From contig OY740786.1 in assembly GCA_963514005.1 (NCBI GenBank), positions 16,802,001-16,866,000 on the forward strand: 64,000 nucleotides of DNA, in the 5' to 3' direction. Origin of the DNA: Raja brachyura (taxonomy: Eukaryota). Below, in pieces: positions 35,401-48,054 of this stretch (position 1 is the stretch's first letter; each line of letters starts with the position of its first letter). The notes below the pieces were generated by a model. The model did not search any database and was not told the origin of the DNA. It was given only the letters and a program-made list of their open reading frames with translations. The translations under genes were made by a program, and so were the position numbers.

Positions 35401-38088
35401 CAGTGCCCTTCATAATGTTTGGGACAAAGACCCATCATTTATTTATTTGCCGCTGTACTCCACAATTTGAGATTTGTAATAGAAAAAAAAAAATCACATC
35501 CAGTTAGGTGCACCTTGTCAGATTTTATTAAAGGCCATTTTCATACATTTTGGTTTCACCATGTAGAAATTACAACTGTGCTTATACATAGTCCCCCCCA
35601 TTTCAGGGCACCATAATGTTTGGGACACATGGCTTCACAGGCGTTTGAAATTGCTCAGGTCTGTTTAATTGCATCCTTAATGCAGGTGTAGGAGAGCTCA
35701 GCACCTAGTCTTTCCTCCAGTCTTTCCATCACCTTTAGAACTTTTATTGCTGTTTATCAACATGAGGACCAAAGTTGTGCCAATGAAAGTCAAAGAGACC
35801 ATTATGAGACAGAGAAACAATAATAAAACTGTTAGAGACATCAGCCAAACCTTAGGCTTACCAAACTCAACTGTTTGGAACATCATTAAGTAGGTATGTT
35901 ACAAAACTTACCTTTAGCGGCACTGCACTTCTGCCGCTCCCCGTGTGCGCGACTTTCGCGCCTTGCAGAGGGGGGCGGGCTTAAAGTGCCGTTTTTCCAC
36001 AGGCCTGGATAATCGATGAATGTCGGGCGATTTGGTTGCTGAAGAAAAATCGCTCCGACATTTCATCAATGAAGGTATTTTTAAATTACTCTAGATTATT
36101 TATTAACTAGAGTAATTTAAAAACCACCTTCAAAAGCCGTGACCGCAGACAACCGGAAGCATTTTGCGTAGGGAAGAAAAAAAGGTAAATACTTTATTTT
36201 TATATTAAAAGTTGGTTTTTCGGGAGGCATTAATAATATTTTTATGTTGCGAAATGGGTTCCCCAAAAAATGTATGAACCCCCAGTATTTTTCCCCCCGA
36301 CTTCACCGCTAACCGCAACGTTCTAATCCACCGCATTCCACTAAAACCCACTCGCTAGTTGATTTAAATGGCCATTAATTTACAGGCATAAAACACTAAA
36401 TTCCTTCCATTTGGCCCAGAAATTCATGAAAATGAGATTTAAAAATTATGTTATATTGTGGATTATTGTGTGAATGTTATTTGGACACTTAGGCAATTTT
36501 TAAAAAGTTTATCTTTTCTTAAGAAATGGATAGATGTTTAGATCTACTCATTGAATTTTGTAATTAGCTACAATTAGATAACTAACTAATTATATGCTTT
36601 AATTTCAGGTAATCCAAGTAAGATTGTTTAATATTTGTTTCAGAATGCTTCAATCTATAATAACTGAAAATTTCATTGAGTTCTCTTAATTTTTAAGAAT
36701 GTTATGGACATTTAACTTTTCCAGATCACAGCTTTTGAGTTAAGTCAATTGAAAGGCAATGGGAAGCAACATGCTCATTTCCGAGTATGAAAATGGCCAT
36801 AACTTTCTTAATACTGAAGATATGAAAGTAAATTAGGTGTCAAATTAAACTTCTTTTTATGCTTTATCTGATGGGATAAATTGCAGACTTGATTTTTAAA
36901 ATCTCAAAATTTTGTAACATTGCTACATTAAGAGGAAAGAGAGCACTGTTGAGCTTACTAATTGCAAAGGAACTGGCAGGCCAAGGAAGACCTCCATAGC
37001 TGATGATAGAAGAATTCTCTCTATGATGAAGAAAAATCCCCAAGCACCTGTCTGACAGATCAGAAACACTCTTCAGGAGTCAGGTTTGAATTTGTCAATG
37101 ACCACTGTCCGCAGAAGACTTCATGAACAAAAATGCAGAGGCTACACTGCAAGATGCAAACCACTGGTTAGCCGCAAAAATAGGATGGCCAGGTTACAGT
37201 TTGCCAAGAAGTACTTAAAAGAGAAACAACAGTTCTGGAAAAAGGTCTTGTGGACAGATGAGACGTAGATTAACTTATTTCAGAGTGATGGCAAGAGCAA
37301 GGTATGGAGGAGAGAAGGAACTGCCCAAGATCCAAAGTATACCTCATCTGTGAAACACGGTGGTGGGGGTGTTATGGCCTGGGCATGTATGGATGCTGAA
37401 GGTACTGGCTCACTTATCTTCATTGATCATACGACTGCTGATGGTAGTAGCATAATCAATTCTGAAGTGTGTAGACACATCCCATCTGCTCAAATTAAAA
37501 AAAATGCCACAAAACTAATTGGCTGGCGTTTCGTTCTACAGCAAGACAATGATCACAAACTGCTAAAGCAATAAAGGAGCTTTTCAAAAGGTAAAAATGT
37601 TAAATTCTTGAGTGGCCAAGTTAATCACTCGATCTGAACCCAATTGAACATGCCTTTTATATGTTGAAGAGCAAACGGAAGGGGACTAGCCCCCACAACA
37701 AGCATAAGCTAAAGATGGCTGCATTACAGGCCTGGCAGAGCATCACCAGAGAAGACACCCAGCAACTGGTGATGTCCATGAATCGCAGACTTCAAGCAAT
37801 CATTGCAGGCAAAGAATATGCAACAAAACACTAAACATGACTACTTTCATTTACATGACATTGCTGTGTCCCAAACATTATGGTGCCCTGAAATGGGGGG
37901 ACTATATTCAAACACTGCTGTAATTTCTACATGGTGAAGCCAAAATGTATAAAAATACCCTTTATTAAAATCTGACAATCTGCACTTTAACCACATGTGA
38001 TTTTTTTAATTACAAATCTCAAATTGTGAATTACAGAGGCAAATTAATAATTGATGAGTCTTTGTCCCAAACATTATGGAGGGCACTG
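35401..38088 (+). mobile_element. Tc1-like transposon with both TIRs; defective transposase 35762-~37834 interrupted at 35891-36925
   Basis: TA|CAGTGCCCT...AGGGCACTG|TA; MRTKVVPMK..STVWNIIK; VLWTDET; KHGGGGVMAW; QQDND; stops and frameshifts. Confidence 0.95.
35891..36925. mobile_element. Non-autonomous TIR element with 7-bp TSD (hATw-like)
   Basis: TIRs TAGGTATGTTACAAAA / TTTTGTAACATTGCTA; CATTAAG duplicated at 35884-35890 and 36926-36932; removal restores Tc1 frame IIKRKE. Confidence 0.8.
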
Positions 38089-38298
38089 TATGGATAGCAG
38101 GGAGAAGCAAATCATAAATAGGCTGTTTTAACTCTTTTGAGAGGAGCCTCACTCTTTGGCACTATTTTTGTCTTTTCATGAGGAAAGAATCAACATCTTC
38201 AACAATTAACCTTATGTTAATGGTTAAGAAACATTTAGACAGGTACTTGGATAGGATAGATTAAGAGGGATATAGACCAAACGCAAGCAGATGGGACA

Positions 38299-38461
38299 CA
38301 CAAAAAGCTGGAGAAACTCAGCGGGTGCAGCAGCATCTAAGGAGCGAAGGAGATAGGCGACGTTTATCTCCTTCGCTCCTTGGATGCTGCTGCACCCGCT
38401 GAGTTTCTCCAGCTTTTTGTGTAACCCTCGATTCTCCAGCATCTGCAGTTCCTTCTTTAAC
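38299..38461. mobile_element. Fold-back Penelope-type unit with 13-bp flanking duplication
   Basis: ~55-bp near-perfect inverted arms; AGCAGATGGGACA at 38286-38298 and 38462-38474. Confidence 0.75.
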
Positions 38462-39981
38462 AGCAGATGGGACATATTGGTCGGTATGGGCCAGTTTGGT
38501 CTGTTTCCACGCTATATGACTCTATGCACTGAGTAGATCACATTCACATTGTGGGAACAGAAGTGCATCTGAATTTTGTCTGAGTAACTACAGAGTTAGA
38601 AGATTAAAGCACAAATGAAAAATGAAACTGATGATAAATGTCAATTTATATTTAGCAAAGTAGGAATATTGACAGCACAAGAATTTTAAAAGGGGATAGG
38701 ACGTCTCATGAGAGTGCTTGAACATAGATCAGTGAGTTCAGAAAAGAGAAACTAAAAGTTCATTTTATAAATATTTAAACAGTACAAACATAGTGAAGGA
38801 AAAGATTGGCCTAACTAGAGCTCAAAAAGAAGATGTTTGCATGGAGACAGATCATAGCTAAATAAATAAGATTTTAGTCTCACATTTTCGTTTGAGCCTT
38901 CTTCACTTTAGAAAATAATGCTGCAAATGTTGCGGTGAAGGCAAAATGCAATAGAAAAACTAGAAAGGGCAAGCACAGAAATTCTTCACCCATGACAGGT
39001 AAAGGAGAGTGAGGGTGAACACAACAAACACAGCCCAATATTAATCTATCAATCGGGACACTAAGGCGCAATAATTTGTGACAATATTCCTCCAGTTTTA
39101 AATACATGGGTTATTTAATAAATGCCAACTTTATCAATCTCTAATGAATCACATTTATAGAAAGTGCTTTACTCGTTGACTTTGGGGCAAGCCCTTATAT
39201 GGGATTAAACAGTGAAATACAAAAGTCAATTTTGTGTACATATTACTGCCAGAATTTTACTAACAATTATAAAGTTAGTCCAAACAACCCTGATTGAGTA
39301 ATGATGTTTTAGGTAAATACTTTAGAAATTGGGGAAAAGGGAGAACCTACAATTATCTTTGTTAATAAAGTAGGATAGCCTTGTTTCTTGCAAACTACAA
39401 GGTATAACACCACCAGAATCTAACAGCATAAACTAAAATTCTCCTGTAATGGAAAAACAGATTAAAAACATGCATGGAATCAGACTTGCAAATTGTAAAC
39501 ATTTAACAAATTCATTAAATGAATTTCATTAACCTTCATTAAATGAAGGTATGAATCGCTAGAATATATTTCCACTACTCACATATGGCAGAATTGGTTT
39601 GCTTGAACGTTGTCTCAGCATCTCTTCATCTTAAAATTATTTTGTTACTTCCACTTTCCACTTTAAAAAAAAAAGAAAAAAAAGAAAAATTAAAACCCTT
39701 GCTTTTTGTTGAAACTTTTCACAAGATGAAAAATTGTTTCCTGCAACAGGTTTCTTTCTTGGGACTTTAAATTTTGCTGATAGATTTATTTAGTACTGAC
39801 GTATCACATAAAAAAGTTAAACCCATAACAGTGATGGTATAAGAATGGTACATTATATAGTAATAACAATAAAGTATAATTTGTTTGTTCATTCATTTAA
39901 TATTGCTTTTCCAATGAGAAAATGTTGTTGAGTCCACTGTTGGACATTTTTCTAGGGAATAGTTCTAGTGAACACAGCTTA

Positions 39982-42890
39982 ATTTTACTTCGGAGTCACG
40001 TGAGTGACAGGCACGCTGCTCCTCCAGCGGTAAGTTTCAAACCTGAAGGTAAGTTTTTCAACTTATTTCCAGGTTCTGTTTTTCCTTGTCGGAAAGCTCT
40101 TTACAGAGTTTCCTGCTGGATGGACTGCAGGGAAGTATAATCTATGCCGCGGGGAATCCCGGTCGCACTGCTGGGAACCGGTTATGAACGCGGGGAATCA
40201 CGGTCATGGACCACGGGGAGAACCGACTACGGACCGCGCGAAATCTCGGTCAGGGACCGCGGGGAGAATCGACTACGGACTGCGGGGAATCCCGGTCACG
40301 GACTGCGGGGAACCGATTATGGACCGCGGGGAAGCCCGGTCGCGGACCGTGGGGGAAGACCGGCTACGGACCACGGGGGAAGACCGGCTACGGAGACCGC
40401 AGAAGTGTGAGTAGCCGGGTGCCGTTGGGTTCGCTACCTGAGTCAGCGACTTCCGGGTGCCTCTTGAATCCGCGGTGTTTCCCCAGAAAGGGGGTAAAAC
40501 CAAGAATAAGATGGATAGGCCTGTCGAGATGGGTACGTCCTCGGACGTTTAACCCAGATTGAGCATTGATAGCGTCATCGGGCATTTATCCCACAAAATG
40601 TGATGGAATGGGGCCATATCAGCGCTGGTCTCCTCGGGGCCTGCGGCAGCACCTGTTTCAAGGCTGCTTACAGATCTCCTTCTCTGTGGAGGGGAGTGCG
40701 AGGAGTCAGTGCATAACTGACTCCAAACTGGAGTCAGTTCTTTGTTAACAGACCTATGCTAGTACCAGCTGAAGCTATCAAAGTCACAATGGTGGACGAA
40801 CAGTATTCAGCATTGTCAGTAAATCTTCAGTTATATTACAACCTGATGCTAATGCTCAAAGATGGAAAATTATTAATACCATCTCTAGTTATGGAGGCAG
40901 ATGCGATTTGCATGAGTTACCAATTCTTCAGTTATATGGTATCAACTACCTGTAGACACTGGGTGCATTCTACGGGTTAAAGGTTATTATGCGCATATAC
41001 ATAATCTGCATGCTCAACTCCAAGTTGATACACTTTGGTGGTGGCATATATTAATCACATGGGTGCAATCAACTCAGTATCCTGTGATAGTTTACATAAC
41101 CTCATTTGGCGCTGGTGTATCATCATGTAAAATTAATGATAACACAGAATGGATGTTGGATCATAAAGTATTTAATGACAATGTATGAAAATCGAGATGT
41201 TTTGCAACCAGGCTCAATCACCAGTTGCAAAAAATATGTGACATTGCAGTGGCGATGGATGCATTCTCGCTACACTGGGAAGGAATGCCCTTTTATGTCT
41301 TTCCTCCATTTTGCCTCATCAGTCGGATCTTGCAAAAATTCAGCAAGTTCACGCTTCAGGCATTTCTAGTAGTGCCTGACTGACCTATACATCCATGGTT
41401 CCTGACGACGTTGGGAATGCTAATAGAACCTTATACGGTTATTTCTAGGCACAAAAACTGCTGATTTAGCCCGTGACTCGGGAAACCATCCTCTGCATGA
41501 TAAAATCAATTAATTGACTTGCAGACTCTGAGAAGACCATTCCTGTGGCTCGGGTTGTCAGACCAAACCATGGACGTGCTCACTGCAGATTGCAGGAATA
41601 GCACCAAAAAAGCAGTACATTTCCTCATAAGAAGATGGGAAATATTTTGTTTAAATGCTAATATTACATATAATTTGGTTGGGATGACTGACGTCTTGAA
41701 GTTCAGTTTTATATGGGTCTTTGACGATCATTAAGTTATAGTGTCATTAACTGTGCCAAACGTGCCTTCTCATCATATTGGCTACGGGGAGCAGGATCCA
41801 CTCTGTCGGGTCTCACCCTCTGATATCTGGATTATGAAGGGTATCCTCAACTCAAAACCTCCCAGGCCCAAGTACGCAGAAATATGGGATGTTTACATTG
41901 TGCTAACGCCGCTTCGCCGGTGGGCTCCAGCTACATCCCTGTACTTGGTCAGACTTACTTACAAAATGGTTATGCTCATGGCGCTGGGTTCAGCGCAACA
42001 AAGTCATTGCATAAGCTGTGACTGGACTGGATGATTACATCTGCAGGCAAAATAACATTTTATGTTAATGACCAGGGGCATCAGGTCTCAAACTAGATTT
42101 GTTGGCATATCCCATGGACCTTCAATTGTGTGTGGTCACACATCTACACCAGTATGTTAAGGTCACTAACAGCCTTAGAGACTCTGAACTAGCAATGTTT
42201 GTTAGTTAGATAAAGCCTCATAAGAAGGTATCAGTACAGAACATCTCCGGGTGGTTGAAACGGGTTCTGGCAGAGTGAACACTGACATTTTCAAGTCTCA
42301 CTCCACCAGGGCTACAACAACATGGACGTTTTGCTGGGCCACATCCTAGAGGCTGCAGGATGGTCAAACGGAGGATCTTTCCAAACAGTTTAGAACTAAC
42401 CCATTGCCAGACCAGGGGTATTTGTCAACTCTATTTTAGGTTCTGTTTTATAGTTTCCTCCCGGTTGAGGGGGGGTACTATTATCATTATTTGTTCATTA
42501 AAAAGCATCAACATGTTTACATCTATGTCATGTCTGAATGCATTATTAATGTTCACTCATCCTTGGTCAACTAATGCAGTGTGTGACGCATGGACTCGTT
42601 TCCACAGCATGAAATCACAGAGCTTTGAAATCTTCATGTAGTCCCTCACGTGTCTCCAAAGTAAAATAGCAAGATTAAACAAGAACTTACCAGTTTGAAG
42701 TTTGATCTTTATCTTATGAGGAGTTACGTTGAGGGATTACGTGCCCTCACTCCCAACCCTCTATCATAAAGGTCAGCTGGTATGCTAGTTCTCTAATCTT
42801 ACTATATTCAGTTCACCAACTGTCATCTGTGATTTCGCACCGCTGCTTTGAAGATTGACGTGCATGCGTGCTGCGAGTTCTTCATGTAAC
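39982..42890 (+). mobile_element. Second DIRS1-type element, heavily deleted, right end lost
   Basis: Same left end ATTTTACTTCGGAGTCAC; VVAYINHMG, MT remnant, LTYKMVMLMAL, KSHSTRA and ILEAAGWS motifs; ICR at 42645-42743. Confidence 0.88.
40147..40400. repeat. 22-24-bp CpG-rich minisatellite, ~11 units, in the DIRS 5' region
   Basis: Units CCGCGGGGAATCCCGGTCACGGA / CCGCGGGGAGAATCGACTACGGA. Confidence 0.85.
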
Positions 42891-42904
42891 CATACCTTGA
42901 GGGA

Positions 42905-43292
42905 GTCCCTGGATTTGGAATCCCCCAACATTGGGAACATGTTTCATGCCTCCAGCATGTCCAAACCCTTAATAATCTTATATGTTTCAATAAAATCCCC
43001 TCTCATCCTTCTAAATTCCAGAGTATACAAGCCCAGCCGCTCCAATCTATCAACATATGACAGTCCCGCCTTCCCGGGAATTAACCTTGTGTACCTACGC
43101 TGCACTCCCTCAATAGCAAGAATGTCCTTCCTCAAGTCTGGAGATCAAAACTGCACACTATACTCCAGGTGTGGTGTCACTAGAACCCTGTACAACTGCA
43201 GGAGGACCTCTTTGCTTCTATACTCAACTCCTCGTGTTATGAAGGCCAACATGCCATTTGCTTTCTTCACTGCCTGCTGTACCTGCATGCTT
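42905..43292 (-). mobile_element. CR1 RT fragment
   Basis: KDILAIEGVQRRYTRLIPG. Confidence 0.88.
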
Positions 43293-43460
43293 TAGAGAAA
43301 GGCAGCCAACATTGTCAAAGACCCACACCACCCTGGCCACACTCTCATTTCACTCCGACAATCGAGAAGGTAATATAAGAGCATGAAAACTATAACATTA
43401 GGTTCAGGAGTAGCTGCTTCCCTGTAACCGTCAGGCTACTAAACACTTCAACCTCCAAAT
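43293..43460 (+). mobile_element. Rex1-like LINE 3' fragment
   Basis: KDPHHPGHTLIS..RFRSSCFP type C-terminal motif; similar piece at 53185-53410. Confidence 0.55.
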
Positions 43461-44173
43461 AAGCTCCGGCCAACAGACTTGTTATTGGCTTTGCATATTA
43501 TTGTGGATTTTTAAAAAATATATTGCGATAGCAACCTCTCCCTTGAATGCCACTCTGATCTCTTTAACTGGTTGAAGTTGAGTGGTCGGGGTAAGTGTGA
43601 AATGGCAGAACCTCTTCCTTCCCACATACCTCGAGGGAGTGTGCTCACACACACTGGGGCTAAGACTGACTGCCAGGATAATCCACTGACTACCAGTATT
43701 GCTTCTTCAAGCCAAAAGTTGAGCTGCCAGGAAGAAACCCGTATCATCAGCAGCATTTCTCGAAGCGAGGGTAAACTGCAGGAAGAATCCCGAGATCACT
43801 ATACCTCCTCCTTTGAAGACCAGGGCAGCCGAGTTCGCACATACATTCTGACGGTGATCAGCAGCTCCCCTGGGCAGTCCTCGACTTTATCATTGTATAA
43901 AATAAATCGTGAGAGTTCACTGTATTGTGAGTGTCGGAGTGGTCCCTGCCAAACTTGGTGTCAATCCCCGATGCGTGCTTGTATATATTCAATAACTCTT
44001 TTGTTATTATAGGGTTTACAGAGTATTATGTTTACATATCTGTCGTGCTACTGCAAGAGAGAATTTAATTGTCCCAGTTTGGGACATACGACAATAAAAC
44101 ACTCGTTGAACTGGATTTGAATCCTGAAGGAATTTAATAGCTCGGAGTGATAATGTCCAGTTACAAAACTTAC

Positions 44174-44217
44174 CTTGAAGCTCCCTTCAGAGAAGTGTGT
44201 GAGACTCATGCAGAGGG
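44174..44217 (-). other. Candidate 44-nt 5'UTR exon of INPP4A
   Basis: tgtcttttaaccAG acceptor and consensus AAG|GTAAGT donor in apparently unique sequence on the gene strand. Confidence 0.4.
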
Positions 44218-47200
44218 CTGGTTAAAAGACAGTTAATAATGATTTTGTCTGGTTTACATACCTGATGGCATATATCAATTTAGGACCTTTAAATAATAAG
44301 TTAAGTCCATTTTAGTTCACCAAAAAGAAACACCAGATCATCCGAATTGCAGCATACAATGAAGAATGATTGCACTGGGAGGATTCTCGATAGCAAAGCA
44401 TTGGTTGTGTCGAGCTGCAGTGCAAGGTGTACCAGAACAGCATAGAGAGGAAATTAATAAAACAATTGGAGCCTGCATCCCCAAGACTCAGCCAAAATGG
44501 TCAAAATAACAAAGCTTTTACAAAAGCACTTGAATGCTTGTGAAATTTGTAAACATTGAAGAAAAAAACTTGAATACTTAAAGTAATAAAAAAATAGTAA
44601 ATGTACTATTAACCTGGAATTTAGAAAAAAATCTTAATAGGAGTTTCCAAACTTCCAGCTTATCCCAAACTGTTTTTAAAGTTACTAAACTTAAGTTTCT
44701 CACAGCTATTATTTTTCATCTTAATCAGTCTTCTGGTACCTGACGCAGAATAATACTATGACAAGATCAAGAGGAGCCATGTTTTAATATCCAAAATACT
44801 ACGACATACAGGAATGTTATTCTAGAGTATTGCAATGGGGTCCAAAAACATATTTGCTTCTTTTTATTTAAATCTTATGCCTAACTTTTGAGTGATATGC
44901 ACTTTTACCCCTCATTTTCTTCCAGTTCTCGATCTGTGAGGATTAGCGGTTGTCTCTTCTATAGCACTGAATTGGTGTTAGAACTTGAATTTCCTTATAA
45001 AACACCTCTGTCTCAATGTTCTTTCCATTTTTAAGATGCAACTCTCTTATCAAGCACTCAGTCCTCTCTAATGTCTTATTATGTGGCTTGCTGAGAATTT
45101 AATTGCCAATCCTCCTGTAAGCAGCTTTGAGCTTCTGCATTTTGCAAAGGTGCAGAATGAATACGTCAATTCTTTTTGCAATTAATAATAGCTTACAAAA
45201 ATAACAATTTATTAATTAGATCAATTAGATAATATGACATTTTACCTTCATCTGTTCTGAATAGAGGGTTAAACCCGTTTTCAGTGTGCTGATGCCCACT
45301 GTGAAAGTTGCTCAGTAAAATTTAACAAAAATCATAACGATAATATGGTTACATTTCCAGTCAGATTTCCTATAAACTAGGAATTGAATATATTTGGAAA
45401 GATTGACAAGTCGAGAATACCGTAATTATTCATTGATGTTTTCTGGTGGTTATGCCAGTTAGTAAACTGCTGATGCATCTTCTGTAAAATGAGGTAATCT
45501 CATTTTCCCTCTTTGTATCTGTAAATGATTACAATCCATTAACGCATCATTTTCATGTAAAATGAGATACTCAGATTTCAGTGTGATGGTATCTAATTTC
45601 AGTGTAGTTTCAGTATTTCCTAAATGTTCAAATCCACCCACTGTTCTGAATTCAGTTTAGATGTATAACTAAATAAATGGACATTTTAAGTACACAGATG
45701 TCCTAGCCAATAATTGTTTTCCCGGTGAGCAAGATTAATGATCTATTTGTATTAGTGGAACTTTGCTAATAACTGCATTTCAAAAGAAATTATTTATTAA
45801 AAGTAATTGAGAAATATTTAAAGTGACAAATTGCAGGTAACTTATCTTTTGCCCTTTCCTGTTTTCAAAGAGCATGTGAATCCATACTTTGAAACACAAA
45901 AATCAAGCAAGGATTCAGGGTGGTGCAATGGTACAAATAATATTTCAAAAAAATTATATTTTTGTCTTAACTAGCAAATAGAATATCCCATTTAATATAC
46001 TTAATGGCATCATGGCTGGCCTCTGCAACGCCACACAATTTAAAGGAAGGTGCAGTATTCCGCCATAGATATTAGAACACTAGTACCTCATCACAAACTT
46101 CAAAAATTCTTGAATTCTAATACTGAACAGACGTTCTTCATCTGACAGTCATTCTAAATCACCATGCCTTTAACCCATCCAACCACCTCCTCGCCTAAAC
46201 CTATCCCTTGTCATGTCTTTATTACCTGATTCTATACTGATTTGGCAAACTGACCACCATTACACCCCACTGAATCATTTTAGGCCCATGAACTAGTTGA
46301 AGCATCTGACAAAACCTTTAATTTTATAAGTTTTCATGAAATTATCTCACATTCTTCTAAGCGCCGGAGAATACAAACCAGTTCTACTTGCTCTCTCTTC
46401 ATGCAAATAAACCACCATCATAAGTATCAGTCTGATCCTTATCACCCTGAATGTTCTGTTTCTATCCCCTCTCCCGAAATCCACAAGTAGAATCACTCTG
46501 TTAGGCCCAATGTTTCAGCTTGATCTTGCTCCAACTCCACAAAACGTATGTCTTTCTAACTTAATTCTATTCAGTTTCAGAATGTCTAGTTCTTTCCCAC
46601 TTACATACATGATACCTCTTAAGTTGTCATTTTCCAATATCCTGGTTCCGATCAGTGATGATCACAATGAATGGTGGTGCTGGCTCGAAGGGCCGAATGG
46701 CCTCCTCCTGCACCTATTTTCTGTTCAAACCAGCTCTTTTCCATCCCACACCCATAGACAGAGAGCCCCTGACATCTTTCAAAGATAGAGATCCAACTTC
46801 TCCTCCTTCTCTACTCCCTTTCTACACTTCAAATATGTTGTTATACGAACTTGCAGATATTCAAGCGATTCCTGATTCATTGAGAAGCAAGGAATAGTCT
46901 TAATTTCCATCCCACTTAGCCTCTTGTTCCACTTTATCACCTCTTTTTCCACATGCTGGTGTCTATATTGGTGTTTCCTTCTGCATTCAAATAAAAACAA
47001 CACGTCATCACCTTTGCTGCCAATTTTCTCCATTCGGCATTATCACATAATCTCTATGCAACTCTTTCCTTCTACAACTCATCTATTATATCTTCATCTC
47101 ACACGATCCATTACAAACCCAGAGGTCCACAGCAACCTTAGTAACAACTGGGCTTCAATTTCAAAAATCAAAAAATTGAGATTTGGCCATCTTAAATAAA

Positions 47201-47782
47201 AATGAAAAGTGCTGAAAATACTCAGCAGGGTAGGCAATATAGTTTACCTTTTCATGAATGTTAACATTTGTTTTAAAGTGCAGAGCACGAGAAAGGGATA
47301 GGACAAAGGGAACATCTCTGATATCACATTCACAGCTGCATTGGATTCACCTGAGTTTGCCACGAGGCATAAAGTCTCCTTCCCTTTAACTTTTCCAAAG
47401 GAATAACTGCCTCCGCTATACCCAATTTTGCCTTTCTTTCTCCATAACTCCCTTCTCTCACTATTTTATAAAGAAACTACAGACAATGCAACAACTATTT
47501 ATTTTAATCTATTCATCCCACCACACAGTGATCCAAAGTCCTTCCAGGTAAAGGTGTGATTCACCTGTATTCTGTTGAATTTAGTGCACAACATGCAATT
47601 GTATTGATGTGATTATTTTTTTTTTACATTGACGACACGAACATGTGATTGACAAAGGTAGTTCAGAATCCTATCAACTAGTCCACAATAATGATCCTTT
47701 GCTTCTATTTGCAGATCTTTCCATTTGATCTGCCTTTGGCATCTTACACTGTTTCAAGAATGCCCAAAGTAAACTCAAAGAC

Positions 47783-48045
47783 GGGACCAAGGCACAGCCT
47801 CAGAATAAAAGGATGGACCTTTGGAAAGGAGATGGAGGGATTTATTTAGTAAGTGGGTGGCGTGTCTGTGGAATTCTTTGCCACAGATGGCTGTAGAGGT
47901 CGGAGATTGACAGATTCTTGATTTTCAAGGGTGTCAAGGGTTATGGGGAGAAGGCAGGAGAATGGGGTCGAGAGGGCGAGATACATCAGCTATGGTTGAG
48001 TGGCGTAGACTCAATGGGCAGAATAGCCTAATTCTGCTCCTAGGA
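47783..48045 (+). mobile_element. Older CR1 3' end
   Basis: ACCAAGGCACAGCCTCAGAATAAA..GTGGAATTCTTTGCCACAG..GGGGAGAAGGCAGGAGAATGG. Confidence 0.75.
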
Positions 48046-48054
48046 CCCCATCTT

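Noticed and set aside
43572-44012. 146-aa ORF
   Set aside because: Lies within repeat-derived sequence; no domain or splice support
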